Source: an uncultured Gammaproteobacteria bacterium (lineage in GTDB: Bacteria; Patescibacteriota; Microgenomatia; Levybacterales; UBA12049). Taken from it: DNA of 64,000 nt. This document shows positions 28,172-37,949 of this stretch, piece after piece; position 1 is the stretch's first letter, and each line of letters opens with the position of its first letter. Below the pieces are notes generated by a model, which saw only the letters and a program-made list of their open reading frames with translations, ran no database searches and was not told where the DNA came from. The stretch covers positions 1,057,887 through 1,121,886 of the forward strand of contig OZ246394.1 of the NCBI GenBank assembly GCA_965230895.1, in the 5' to 3' direction. A program made the translations under genes and the position numbers.

Positions 28172-31093
28172 ATGTGCACTATGCCCGATATCTCCTCTTT
28201 AAATCCTGAACAGCAGAAAGCTGTAACGCATGGTGAAGGTCCACTTCTTATTATTGCCGGTGCTGGAACTGGTAAAACAACTGTGGTAACCAAGCGGATT
28301 GAGCATTTGATTCTTGATAAGAAGATACTTCCTTCATGCATTCTTGCACTAACGTTTACTGAAAAAGCTGCGCAAGAAATGGAAACTCGTATAGACGAGA
28401 TCCTTCCTTATGGGTATACAACCCTTTGGATCGAAACGTTCCATGCATTTTGTGACAGAATTTTAAGACAAGAAGCGATTCATATTGGATTGCAATCAAA
28501 CTTTACACTGCTCACAGAGGCTGAATGTTTGCTCTTTTTGCGAAAACACTTATTTGAATTTAACCTTGAGTACTTCCGTCCTCTTGGAAATCCCATGAAG
28601 TTCTTACAAGGGATGTTAACGCATTTTAGTAGATTATGCGATGATGATATAACACCCGAACAATATTTGGCGTATGCCAAAAAATTGCAGGATAACCAAA
28701 CAGATACAGATGACCCAATCGATATAAAGAAAACACAAGAACTCGCACATGCTTTCGCGAAATATGAAGAACTAAAAGCAAAAGAAGGAGTTATGGATTA
28801 TTCGAATCTTATTTCTAATACATTGAAGCTTTTCCGTGAGCGCCCGACAATATTAAAGAAATACCAAGATCAATTCCAATATGTTTTTGTTGATGAATTC
28901 CAAGATACCAATTTTGCGCAAAACGAGATGGCAATTCTACTTGCTGGAACAAGACAAAATATAACTGTCGTTGGTGACGATGATCAAAGCATTTATCGAT
29001 GGCGTGGTGCAGCAATTGCAAATATGATGCAATTTCGCCAACATTTTCCAAAAGCTAAGATTATTGCATTAACCAAGAATTATCGATCAACCAAAACAAT
29101 TCTCGATGGGGCGTATACACTCATCCAAAATAATAATCCTGATCGTTTAGAAGTAAAAGAGAATATCGATAAAAGACTTGAGGGAATGCGTGGAATTGAA
29201 GGAGATCCAATTACCTTTATTTTGGAAAATAACGGAGACGAAGAGGCTGAAGCTGTAGCAAAAGCAATTGCTCAAGAAGTAAAGAAGACCAAAAGGCCAT
29301 ATAATGAGATTGCAATATTAGTCAGAGCAAATGATCATGCAACGCCATTTCAAAGATCGCTTGACCGCTTAAAGATCCCTTTTCAATTTTTAGGACCAGG
29401 ACATCTTTATGAGCAAAATGAGATAAAAGATTTAATTGCATACTTACATGTTTTAGCAGACTTTGAAGATACTGCTTCGCTTTATAGAGTCATTACTATG
29501 CCTATATTTGGTATGCAAGCGCGAGACGTAGCAGCGATATTGAACTTTTCCAAGCGTGGCAATATGACACTCTTTGAAGCAATGGAGCGAGTTGATGAAA
29601 CAATGCTTACAGAAGAAGGCAAAGAAAAAATTATGCAGATTGTCGAGATGATAAAAAAGCATCTTGAGCAAGTTCCTCTTGAACAAGCAGGCCAAATCCT
29701 TTATCACTTTTTCGAAGATTCAGGACTCCTTGGACATTATCTTGATCCAGGTTCAATGCGTACAGAAAAAGAAGCTCAGAACATTGCTAAGTTCTTTGAA
29801 AAGCTACAAGGCTTTGCAAACAATAAAACTGATGCATCTGTTTTCGCAGTTGTTGATTGGATCGACTTATCTATGGAGCTCGGAGAAAGCCCAATGGCTG
29901 CAGAAGTTGATTGGACAAAGAATAATGCTGTAAACATACTTACAATTCATTCAAGTAAAGGACTAGAATTCCCAGTAGTATTTGTTGTGAATCTTGTCTC
30001 GCAACGCTTCCCATCCCGAGATAGAAAGGAGCAGATTCCTGTACCACAAGATATAATCCGTGAGGCTTTACCTGAGGGTGATGAAAATCTACAAGAGGAA
30101 CGACGTCTCTTTTATGTAGCAATTACACGTGCGCAAGAGAAACTCTTTTTAACTGCAGCCCGGTTTTACAATGAAGGTAAAAGAGAACGAAAAATCTCGC
30201 CATTCGTTATGGAAACCCTTGGGGATGCATTTGTACAAGATAAACTAAAGAAACAAACTGCAGAACCAGTTGTCCAGCAACTTTCTCTCCTTGAGGTACT
30301 GAATGCAAATGTTACAGAAAAGCCTGCAATTGAGCAGGCAAAGGTAGAACCAATTGATATAACATATATTTCATATTCTCAGCTCCAAACATTTGCGATG
30401 TGCCCACTGCATTTTAAGCTCAGGTATTTGCTGAATCTTCCTTCACCTACATCTCCTGCGTTGAGTTATGGGGTGAGTGTTCACGGAGCTTTAAGAGATT
30501 ATTTTATGGCTATGAAAGATTCTGACGCTCGTGAAACAATACAAGATTTATTGAAGAAAAATTGGATTTCTCAAGGTTATGCAAGTAAGCTCCATGAGGA
30601 GCAGACATTTAATCAAGCAAAAAAAATGCTTCAGGACTTTAGTGAAAAAATAGTTATAGAGAAACCAAATACGATTGCCATAGAAACACCGTTTAACTTT
30701 TGGCTGGGTAAGCTGAAAGTAGGAGGAAGAATTGATCGTATTGATAAACTCCCTGATGGTCGAATTGAAATCATTGATTATAAAACAGGCAAAAACGTAC
30801 CGACAGAGAAAAAGGTTGCTGAAGACTTACAACTCTCAACGTACGCTCTTGCTGCAACGGAAGTACATGATGGAATATTGGGTAAGACACCTGATGAAGT
30901 AGTGTTGACCCTCCATTACCTTGAAGATGATATAAAGATCTCTACAACCCGTTCAAGAGAAGCTCTGGATTTTGCAAAAGAACAAATACTGCAGAAAGTT
31001 GATGAGATAAGTAAAAGCGATTTCCTTTGTAGTTCCTCAATGCAATGTAAAAATTGTGAATATAAAATGCTCTGCCAAAATAGCAAAATATAA
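28172..31093 (+). CDS. UvrD/PcrA-type superfamily-1 helicase fused to a C-terminal Cas4/AddB-like PD-(D/E)xK nuclease domain with a 4-Cys (Fe-S) motif
   Basis: Walker A IIAGAGTGKTT, motif II FVDEFQDTN, motif VI-like VAITRAQEKLFL; C-terminal CPLHFKLRY...IIDYKTGK...CSSSMQCKNCEYKMLC (C-x5-C-x2-C-x5-C). Confidence 0.75.
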   Translation: MCTMPDISSLNPEQQKAVTHGEGPLLIIAGAGTGKTTVVTKRIEHLILDKKILPSCILALTFTEKAAQEMETRIDEILPYGYTTLWIETFHAFCDRILRQEAIHIGLQSNFTLLTEAECLLFLRKHLFEFNLEYFRPLGNPMKFLQGMLTHFSRLCDDDITPEQYLAYAKKLQDNQTDTDDPIDIKKTQELAHAFAKYEELKAKEGVMDYSNLISNTLKLFRERPTILKKYQDQFQYVFVDEFQDTNFAQNEMAILLAGTRQNITVVGDDDQSIYRWRGAAIANMMQFRQHFPKAKIIALTKNYRSTKTILDGAYTLIQNNNPDRLEVKENIDKRLEGMRGIEGDPITFILENNGDEEAEAVAKAIAQEVKKTKRPYNEIAILVRANDHATPFQRSLDRLKIPFQFLGPGHLYEQNEIKDLIAYLHVLADFEDTASLYRVITMPIFGMQARDVAAILNFSKRGNMTLFEAMERVDETMLTEEGKEKIMQIVEMIKKHLEQVPLEQAGQILYHFFEDSGLLGHYLDPGSMRTEKEAQNIAKFFEKLQGFANNKTDASVFAVVDWIDLSMELGESPMAAEVDWTKNNAVNILTIHSSKGLEFPVVFVVNLVSQRFPSRDRKEQIPVPQDIIREALPEGDENLQEERRLFYVAITRAQEKLFLTAARFYNEGKRERKISPFVMETLGDAFVQDKLKKQTAEPVVQQLSLLEVLNANVTEKPAIEQAKVEPIDITYISYSQLQTFAMCPLHFKLRYLLNLPSPTSPALSYGVSVHGALRDYFMAMKDSDARETIQDLLKKNWISQGYASKLHEEQTFNQAKKMLQDFSEKIVIEKPNTIAIETPFNFWLGKLKVGGRIDRIDKLPDGRIEIIDYKTGKNVPTEKKVAEDLQLSTYALAATEVHDGILGKTPDEVVLTLHYLEDDIKISTTRSREALDFAKEQILQKVDEISKSDFLCSSSMQCKNCEYKMLCQNSKI

Positions 31094-31206
31094 GCCCACT
31101 TGAAAAATAATCCTAAGTAAGCCAGTATAGAAGTGTGGGTATAAAAAGACTTCTTAAAAATTGGCCTCAGTCTCTTAATGAGCAAGGCAAAGTAGACACT
31201 GGGACA

Positions 31207-31923
31207 ATGTACATCATTGTCATTATCCTTATCCTTTTTGGGATTGCATACCTCGTGACGGGACCCTCACCAACGCAAAGTACAGTAAATACCGGTACTG
31301 AAGTCGTTATCGGTGCACCTCAATCTGAAGACGCAAAAGCGAGACTACAGCTGTATACGTTTGCTGCAGCTACAATTACTCCCCCAGCTTCATCTGTTTG
31401 TTCAAAGGGTGGGATAAATACGAGGCCTGAAATTCTTGTGCATACAGTACCGAGAAATGGTGAAGCAATAAGTATGGATGGCCAGATAAAAATATGGGCA
31501 AATGATACAGCTCCGCTTTTAATTGCACCTGGTGAACGTGTAACAAGGAATTCAGGGGCAATTATTGCACCTGGTGACAGAACTGCAAAAGCACCTGATG
31601 GATACATATGGGCACCTGCGCTTTATATCTTCCCGCAAACTGTTGATGCAGGTGGCCAACCATATTTCCCATCAAGTATTCGTGGAGATTATAATAATGG
31701 GACTATCAGACTTGCTTTTGGAATAGAGAGACTCCCCGCAAACATTCAACTGCAGAATAGATATACAGCACAATATACATGGAATGTAAAAGATCTGGGT
31801 CTTCAGCCTGGACCATATCAATTACAGTTTGTAATCCATGATGGAGGAACTGGACGAGCAGTAAAATGTATCAGTATAAGAATTTATGAAACACCTGACA
31901 AACGATGGACAATCCCCGACTAA
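31207..31923 (+). CDS. hypothetical membrane-anchored/secreted protein
   Basis: The track start at 31135 is a GTG; the first ATG (31207, MYIIVIILILFGIAYLV) starts an N-terminal TM anchor. Confidence 0.4.
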   Translation: MYIIVIILILFGIAYLVTGPSPTQSTVNTGTEVVIGAPQSEDAKARLQLYTFAAATITPPASSVCSKGGINTRPEILVHTVPRNGEAISMDGQIKIWANDTAPLLIAPGERVTRNSGAIIAPGDRTAKAPDGYIWAPALYIFPQTVDAGGQPYFPSSIRGDYNNGTIRLAFGIERLPANIQLQNRYTAQYTWNVKDLGLQPGPYQLQFVIHDGGTGRAVKCISIRIYETPDKRWTIPD

Positions 31924-31958
31924 TTTGCCTTTATCCACGCTATAGGGTAAAATATCTC

Positions 31959-32334
31959 TAATCCTAGGAAGAAGGACCGTTACCTTGATGAAAGTCAGGG
32001 AGGAAAGTCCAGACAACAGTATGCAGGGGACGGAGTTTAAGCTCCGACTGGTAATCTTTGAGTAATCAAAGAAAACAGCTGGTCTCCAAACTTTTAGCTC
32101 ATTAAACGAGGTTTGGAGCAAATTCTGAATTGACAGGATTTGAGAGCAGCAGAGACGAATGAGTATGAAACGGGCAATCCCACCTGTTGCAACTTCCGAA
32201 TGATATGTCTGAGGAGCATACCCGAGTATCGAAGCGAAGGCACTTGCCGGATAGGCAGGCTTGATGAATAAATATCATCATAGAGAAAAATTGCGGTCAC
32301 GAACAGAATCTGGCTTACTCTCTTCCTAGGATTA
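31959..32334 (+). ncRNA. rnpB: RNase P RNA (bacterial type A)
   Basis: Universal P4 elements: AGGGAGGAAAGUCCAGAC near the 5' end (31997-32014) and ACAGAAUCUGGCUUA near the 3' end (32304-32318), with a compensatory CCAG/CUGG pair. P1 is formed by 5' UAAUCCUAGGAAGA (31959-31972) and 3' UCUUCCUAGGAUUA (32321-32334). Length ~376 nt in a gap with no ORF. Confidence 0.8.
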
Positions 32335-32430
32335 TCTTTAATTCAACAACATAACTCCACAGAAAGAGATCTTCTACAACAAGGCTACACGCCAATGGAG
32401 AAGCAAAGCTGAGTATAAAGAACTTCGCAT

Positions 32431-32703
32431 TTATCTAATGGATTTTTTAAGAGTTTTACCTGCGGTAAATCCAGGCGCCTTACGTGCAGCAAGTGTGATA
32501 GCCTGACCTGTCTTTGGGTTTCGGCCAACACGTTGCTGTCTGCTTCGTACACTAAATGTACCAAAACCTGTTAGAACAACTTTTTCACCACGCTTTAACG
32601 AATCACGGATTGTGTTCAATGTTGTCTGGACAGCATCACGGGACGCTTTATTGGTAAGATTAGCTTTTTTAGCAACAATTTCAATGAGATCTTTTTTAGT
32701 CAA
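32431..32703 (-). CDS. hup: DNA-binding protein HU
   Basis: MTKKDLIEIVAKKANLTNKASRDAV...GFGTFSVRSRQQRVGRNPKTGQAI - canonical HU/IHF fold motifs; 90 aa. Confidence 0.85.
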   Translation of the reverse strand: MTKKDLIEIVAKKANLTNKASRDAVQTTLNTIRDSLKRGEKVVLTGFGTFSVRSRQQRVGRNPKTGQAITLAARKAPGFTAGKTLKKSIR

Positions 32704-32912
32704 AGAAACTCACCCCCTTTGCCATAGAATTTATGAGACATTTTTTATTCGAGAGAAAAAAGGTTTGGAAAGTAACCGGTGTAGAAGAAGTTATATTGGG
32801 CAAGTTTGTTGATGGGCAAATCATTCGATTAGATTAACAATACAAGGAAAATGAGGTTATGTCAAGACTCTACTGAATTACATGCACTTTAATTCACAAA
32901 AGGTAAGAAGGC

Positions 32913-35912
32913 CTAATTCTCTTCGTCTGCAATAATTACGCCATCAACATATGCTGTGTCATCAGCATCACCTGTTTCTCCCGTAAGATCAAGAAAAGCC
33001 TTAGCTGTTCCAGCAGGAGCGGTAAAGACCGCAGACCCTCTTTGCCAAGCAGATGTAAGCCCTGAAAGCGGTACTTCTTCGGTATCAAGTAATTCGTCTT
33101 CATCGTCAAACCATCTAACTCTGAGTGTCATATCAGACACATCTCCTGTTCCTTTCTTTGCTGAGAATGTAACACGTTTTTCTCCCGGCGTCATAGCAAC
33201 ACCTGGCCAATTATCAAGCTCAACGCCCCAACCATACGGATCCGTTACAGTAACCAAAAGGCTATGTGTACCATAGTAGGCATCGCTTGTCGATGTCGCA
33301 ACTGTCGAAGAATACCAAGTCTGCCAATGACCCAGTCCACTCTCAAGACTCGAAGTTTCTGCATCCAATAGATTAGCGATATTTGTAATACTGACGTCAT
33401 CTACATATAAAACATCATCCGTAGTCCCTGTTTCACCTGTCAATTCAAGAAATGCTTTTGCTGCTCCTGTTGGAGCAATAACATCTGCAACTCCATTTTT
33501 CCAAGTTGAATCAAGATCACTTAATGTCACTTCATCAGTTTGAAGCAATTCATCCTCACCATCAAACCATCTGACTCTCAGTGTCACATCTTCAATAGTT
33601 CCTGCACCTTTTTTTGCCCAATAACTTATACGTTTAACACCTGCCGCTGTTTCAAATCCTGGCCAATTACCAACTTGCACGCCCCAACCATAAGGGTCGG
33701 TGACTGTTGTTTTTAAGCTATATGTACCAGTGTGTGCTGAATCTGATGAGCGTGCCACACTTGAAGAGTACCATGCTTCCCAATCGCCGATAGATCCTTC
33801 TAGGGTCGATGTGTCAGAACTAACAGTATTCATGACATCACCGACGACGAAGTCATCTGCATAGAAATAATCACTAGTGCTCCCTCCACCGGTAAGTGTA
33901 ACTAAAACGGTAGCTGTACCAGTAGGCGCAGTTACATATGATGTCGATTTCTGCCATGTGGATGTCAGAGATGAGCTCATCGGTACAGTATCTGTTTGCA
34001 ATACTGCATTACTACTATTAAGCCATTTAACAGTCATTGTTGGCGTTATTGTGCCGCTTCCCGCCTTTGCCCACCAGGTGAGTACTTTATCACCAGGAGT
34101 TGCATCAAACCCTGGCCAATTACTGAGTTCAACTCCCCAACCTCCACCATCAGTAACGTTTACCTTCAAACTATGTGTACCACTGTGAGCCTCTTCAGTC
34201 GTTTGAGAGACACTTGATGAATACCAAGCAGACCAATTACCGACACCACCTTCAAGCGTTGCAGTGTTTGCGTTCAAATGATTTGGAGTAAGACCACTTC
34301 CTCCACCAGGTGTTGGCGTTGCAGTTGGCGTAGACGTCACTGATGGAGTTGGTGTTGGAGATTGTCCTTCAATTGTACTATCCTCATCCTGATTGTAAGG
34401 AGAATCCTGCCATGTTGCAAAATCTATAATATCGCCATACCCTTTGGCAAACGTCCAATTACCATGGTATTCATTGTCATGGAAAAGGTTATTATTATTG
34501 AACATAACATCAGTTTGTACTCCTGCAACTGTGTACGGTGACCAACTAAGATTGTCAGCACCGGTTGCGATAAGAGCTTGAGCACCGCAGAAAGTTCCGC
34601 CACAAGTAGGTACGCTCTCTTCATCGAAGTGGAATTCATTATTATTTACTTCAACATTTTTTGAGTGCCATCGGCAGTCAGTTGTGTATGGTTCAGTATC
34701 AATATCTGTATAGCATGGATGTGATGCGTTAATTGGATCTACATAATCAAAATCATGTGGTTCAGGAATTAGCTTTGGCGCAACAAAAGGTGTGCAATAG
34801 CCTTTACTTGTGTTGCCGTTTGAATTACAGAAACGATTAGCATTTTCGAAAATAGAAACTCCTGAGAAATTATCTTCGAAGTAATTATCATAGATATGAA
34901 TCTTTGGAGCACCAGAAACAGAAGATGAGAGTCTTGAATCTCCACCTGATTCAGAAATATAAACTGCTGAAGCTGGAGAGCCATGGTTATGATCTCCCTT
35001 TACCCAAGCATTGCGCTTGAATGTATTATTTCTAATTGTTGCGTTATAGCTAATTTCGTACCAGATACCTTCGTCACTATTATGGTCGATATAGTTACCT
35101 TCAAAAAGAAAATCAATATTATTTGTATCAGCCCAAAGTCCGACACTGAGATTATTATGAACCCAGTTATTGGTGACTGTAGCACCTTTCACATCCCAGA
35201 ATTTTCCTCCGCCAGTACAACCACAACCTTCAATTTCGCTTTCCCAATCATCCTGATTATTGCCGGTAATTTCATTATGATCAAGAACGATGTTTGTGAT
35301 AGCAGAAGCACTTGAAGAAAGTGGTGGTTTAAACATACTAAAGCCATACTGACCATTATCTTTCAGACAATTGTAACTTACCACATTATCTGATCCGACA
35401 AATACGCCAGCGCCGTCATTATCAATGACAGTATTGTATTGCATTACCCAACCTGTACCAGAGTCATGGTTAACGACACCTTCGTTATTATTATCCATAC
35501 CACTTCCAAAGTTTTTGATGGTAAGGTATTTGATAGTGACATCTTCGGTATCACCAGTAAACGCATATTTATTCACGTTTTGTCCATCAAGGATGGCTCC
35601 AGGCGCACCAATATATGTATTACCGTTTCTGGTTTGGATCTGTCCATATTGATCGTTTGCTAACGTATGTGTACCTGGTTCAAACCAAAATACTGTGTTT
35701 GTTTCGTCAAAGTCAAAACTACTATTATCTCCATCAGGTACTGTGACAGCACCAGAAGGCGCACTTGGTGGACCATTTAAGATTGTTGTATTGCCACAAA
35801 TTTCAGCAGGAGGGGTTGTTGGCCAAGGAGGAGTTTGGGCATTTGCAGATGAAACGCCTAAAGTAAATACAGCTGTTAGAGTAAACGCTACAGTCGTAAG
35901 TAACTTTTTCAT
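32913..35912 (-). CDS. secreted right-handed parallel beta-helix protein (pectate-lyase-fold) with four C-terminal ~150-aa carbohydrate-binding-module-like (CBM4/9/22-like) repeats
   Basis: Signal peptide MKKLLTTVAFTLTAVFTLGVSSANAQ; ATG at 35912 chosen because the track ORF up to 36041 overlaps rny. Asn/Gly-rich beta-helix repeats; T/P linker TPTPSVTSTPTATPTPGG; four modules each starting TLEGG(V/I)G(N/D)W(S/E)AWYSSSV... with W/G-rich beta-sandwich signatures. Confidence 0.6.
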   Translation of the reverse strand: MKKLLTTVAFTLTAVFTLGVSSANAQTPPWPTTPPAEICGNTTILNGPPSAPSGAVTVPDGDNSSFDFDETNTVFWFEPGTHTLANDQYGQIQTRNGNTYIGAPGAILDGQNVNKYAFTGDTEDVTIKYLTIKNFGSGMDNNNEGVVNHDSGTGWVMQYNTVIDNDGAGVFVGSDNVVSYNCLKDNGQYGFSMFKPPLSSSASAITNIVLDHNEITGNNQDDWESEIEGCGCTGGGKFWDVKGATVTNNWVHNNLSVGLWADTNNIDFLFEGNYIDHNSDEGIWYEISYNATIRNNTFKRNAWVKGDHNHGSPASAVYISESGGDSRLSSSVSGAPKIHIYDNYFEDNFSGVSIFENANRFCNSNGNTSKGYCTPFVAPKLIPEPHDFDYVDPINASHPCYTDIDTEPYTTDCRWHSKNVEVNNNEFHFDEESVPTCGGTFCGAQALIATGADNLSWSPYTVAGVQTDVMFNNNNLFHDNEYHGNWTFAKGYGDIIDFATWQDSPYNQDEDSTIEGQSPTPTPSVTSTPTATPTPGGGSGLTPNHLNANTATLEGGVGNWSAWYSSSVSQTTEEAHSGTHSLKVNVTDGGGWGVELSNWPGFDATPGDKVLTWWAKAGSGTITPTMTVKWLNSSNAVLQTDTVPMSSSLTSTWQKSTSYVTAPTGTATVLVTLTGGGSTSDYFYADDFVVGDVMNTVSSDTSTLEGSIGDWEAWYSSSVARSSDSAHTGTYSLKTTVTDPYGWGVQVGNWPGFETAAGVKRISYWAKKGAGTIEDVTLRVRWFDGEDELLQTDEVTLSDLDSTWKNGVADVIAPTGAAKAFLELTGETGTTDDVLYVDDVSITNIANLLDAETSSLESGLGHWQTWYSSTVATSTSDAYYGTHSLLVTVTDPYGWGVELDNWPGVAMTPGEKRVTFSAKKGTGDVSDMTLRVRWFDDEDELLDTEEVPLSGLTSAWQRGSAVFTAPAGTAKAFLDLTGETGDADDTAYVDGVIIADEEN

Positions 35913-36003
35913 ATTATATCCATGGTATGGAAAGCTCTGCCATTGTGTCAAGTATACAAACTTGATCAATGATAGGACAAAATATAAAAAGTTGAGACTA
36001 TAA

Positions 36004-37275
36004 TTACACAGTGGTTTCAGGGTAAACGGAGCGGAATTCACGGATAGCCGTAACTTTAACTTCGCCAGGAATTGCCAAAGATCGACTCACTTCTTCTTGG
36101 ATCTTTCGTGAAAGAAGCACTGTTTGAGCATCATCAAGTTTGCCTGGATTAATAATAACTCGGAGTTCTCGACCAGCTTCAAATGCATATGCATCTTCAA
36201 CTCCTTCGTAATTCTTTGCAATTTGTTCCATTTCAGTCAATCTCTGACCATACTTTTCAAGATCTTCATATCGGGCACCTGGTCGCGATGCAGAGATAGC
36301 ATCAGCGATGTGCACGATAATTGATTCAACACTTGAAAATGGCTTGTCTTCATGATGTTCTGCAACTGCATTTATGATCGGTTCTGGGAAGTTGTACCGC
36401 TTCAAAAGTTCGACCCCTAATTTAACGTGACTTCCATCCCCTTCAAGGATCTTTCCAATATCATGGAACAAACATCCAAGTCGGACAATATCAACATTTG
36501 CACCAATTTCTTGCGCGATATGCACACCAATCTTTGTTTCTTCCAGTGTGTGGACAAGCAAATTCTGACCATAAGAAGTTCGGAATTTCATTCGGCCCAA
36601 AAGTGGATACAGATCCACTGGAAGACTAAAGATATTTACTTCATTTGCAAGCTTTTCTCCTTCTTGCGCCATGATCTTTTCTAACTCTTCACGAGTCTGA
36701 TTGACAACTTCTTCAATGCGGAATGGCTGTACACGTGTGTCTTTGAGTAATTTCTCAAGTGATCGGCGTGCAACTTCTCGACGAACCTGATCAAATGAAG
36801 ACAATCTGATAATTCCCTCTTCATCCAAATCAACATCAACACCAGTTGCTTGTTCAAATGCACGGATATTTCGGCCTTCTTTTCCTATGATTCGTCCTTT
36901 CATTTCTTCATCCGGAACTTTAACAATTGAAACTGTATATTCAGGAACAAATTGGAGAGCACCATGCTTTATACTATCAAGAACGATTTCTTGAGCTCGC
37001 GTATCCGCAGTTTTCTTTGCCTCCTCTTCTTTATCTTTGAGAATTTTTGCCATCATTTGTGCAGCATCTTTCTCAGTTTCTGAAAGGAGTTGTTTCTTCG
37101 CTTCTTCGACAGTAAAACCTGAAACTTGTTCAAGTTTCTTTACATAGTCTTTTCGCTTCTTTTCGAGATCTTCTTTTTCAGATTCAAGGTCTTCTGCTTT
37201 TGCTTCGATTTTTTCTTGTCTTTGGAGAAGTTTTTTCTCAAGTTCAATTAAATCTTGTTGTGATGCATTACTCAT
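36004..37275 (-). CDS. rny: ribonuclease Y
   Basis: Coiled-coil N-terminus, KH domain (IIGKEGRNIRAFEQATGVDV), HD domain (LFHDIGK...HH). Start set to ATG 37275 (MSNASQQ); the track start is a TTG. No N-terminal TM helix seen. Confidence 0.8.
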   Translation of the reverse strand: MSNASQQDLIELEKKLLQRQEKIEAKAEDLESEKEDLEKKRKDYVKKLEQVSGFTVEEAKKQLLSETEKDAAQMMAKILKDKEEEAKKTADTRAQEIVLDSIKHGALQFVPEYTVSIVKVPDEEMKGRIIGKEGRNIRAFEQATGVDVDLDEEGIIRLSSFDQVRREVARRSLEKLLKDTRVQPFRIEEVVNQTREELEKIMAQEGEKLANEVNIFSLPVDLYPLLGRMKFRTSYGQNLLVHTLEETKIGVHIAQEIGANVDIVRLGCLFHDIGKILEGDGSHVKLGVELLKRYNFPEPIINAVAEHHEDKPFSSVESIIVHIADAISASRPGARYEDLEKYGQRLTEMEQIAKNYEGVEDAYAFEAGRELRVIINPGKLDDAQTVLLSRKIQEEVSRSLAIPGEVKVTAIREFRSVYPETTV

Positions 37276-37442
37276 ATAGTATATGTGCAAGAGAGGATGA
37301 AGAACCTATTTGGGCCTTACGCTATGTGTCTAATGGTGAAGATATTTGTGCTCTTCATACAGTAGTAAGCAACTTCTCTTGCTAATCTTCCATGTATTAT
37401 ACTCTACATAGCACTTTTTATGCAACTGGATTTCTTACAAAG

Positions 37443-37949
37443 CTACTCTTTTGCGGCCAAAATACTATCGATAGCTTTTTTTGAGAGATCCCAACTAAAC
37501 CCACGTCTTGCCAGAAAAGCTCCAACTTTTTGATAAATTACCTGTCGTGATTCGCCTTCTAACTTTACAACTCTCTTTCCAATAAGATTTTTAGCTTGCG
37601 TCAGTTCATCGGGCACATCTTCTTGTCCTTCTTCCATAACTTTTGAAATAATCTCACGCGTAATACCTTTCTGTTGCAGCTCTATTTGCAGCATTCTTTT
37701 CCCTCGCGGTCGGAACATCGCTCGAGATCGTATCCATGACCTAGCGAACTCTTCATCATTGAGAAATTTCTGTTCGTAAAGTTTACCGATCATAGCATCG
37801 ATAATATCTGGATCAGCATTTTTCTTGTGGAGGTAGTCCCGGACTTCTTTCTCTGAACGGTTACGAATAGTGAGGTAGCGATAAACTAAAGCGAAATATT
37901 TCTCAATCCGTTCCTGAAGATCCATGAAGAATATTATATCACTCAGCAT
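37443..37949 (-). CDS. recX: regulatory protein RecX
   Basis: RecX three-helix repeats (EKEVRDYLHKK..., ...KFLNDEEFARSWIRSR...); position downstream of recA. Confidence 0.65.
   Translation of the reverse strand: MLSDIIFFMDLQERIEKYFALVYRYLTIRNRSEKEVRDYLHKKNADPDIIDAMIGKLYEQKFLNDEEFARSWIRSRAMFRPRGKRMLQIELQQKGITREIISKVMEEGQEDVPDELTQAKNLIGKRVVKLEGESRQVIYQKVGAFLARRGFSWDLSKKAIDSILAAKE

Noticed and set aside
31094-31134. CCCAC...GTGGG inverted repeat after the helicase-nuclease gene
   Set aside because: The stem is only 5 bp with a ~33-nt loop and no T-run; not a convincing terminator.
35913-36041. Longer start of the beta-helix/CBM protein at 36041 given by the ORF track
   Set aside because: It would overlap the 3' end of rny by ~38 nt and adds a non-signal-peptide extension; the ATG at 35912 gives a canonical signal peptide (MKKLLTTVAFTLTAVFTLGVSSANA).
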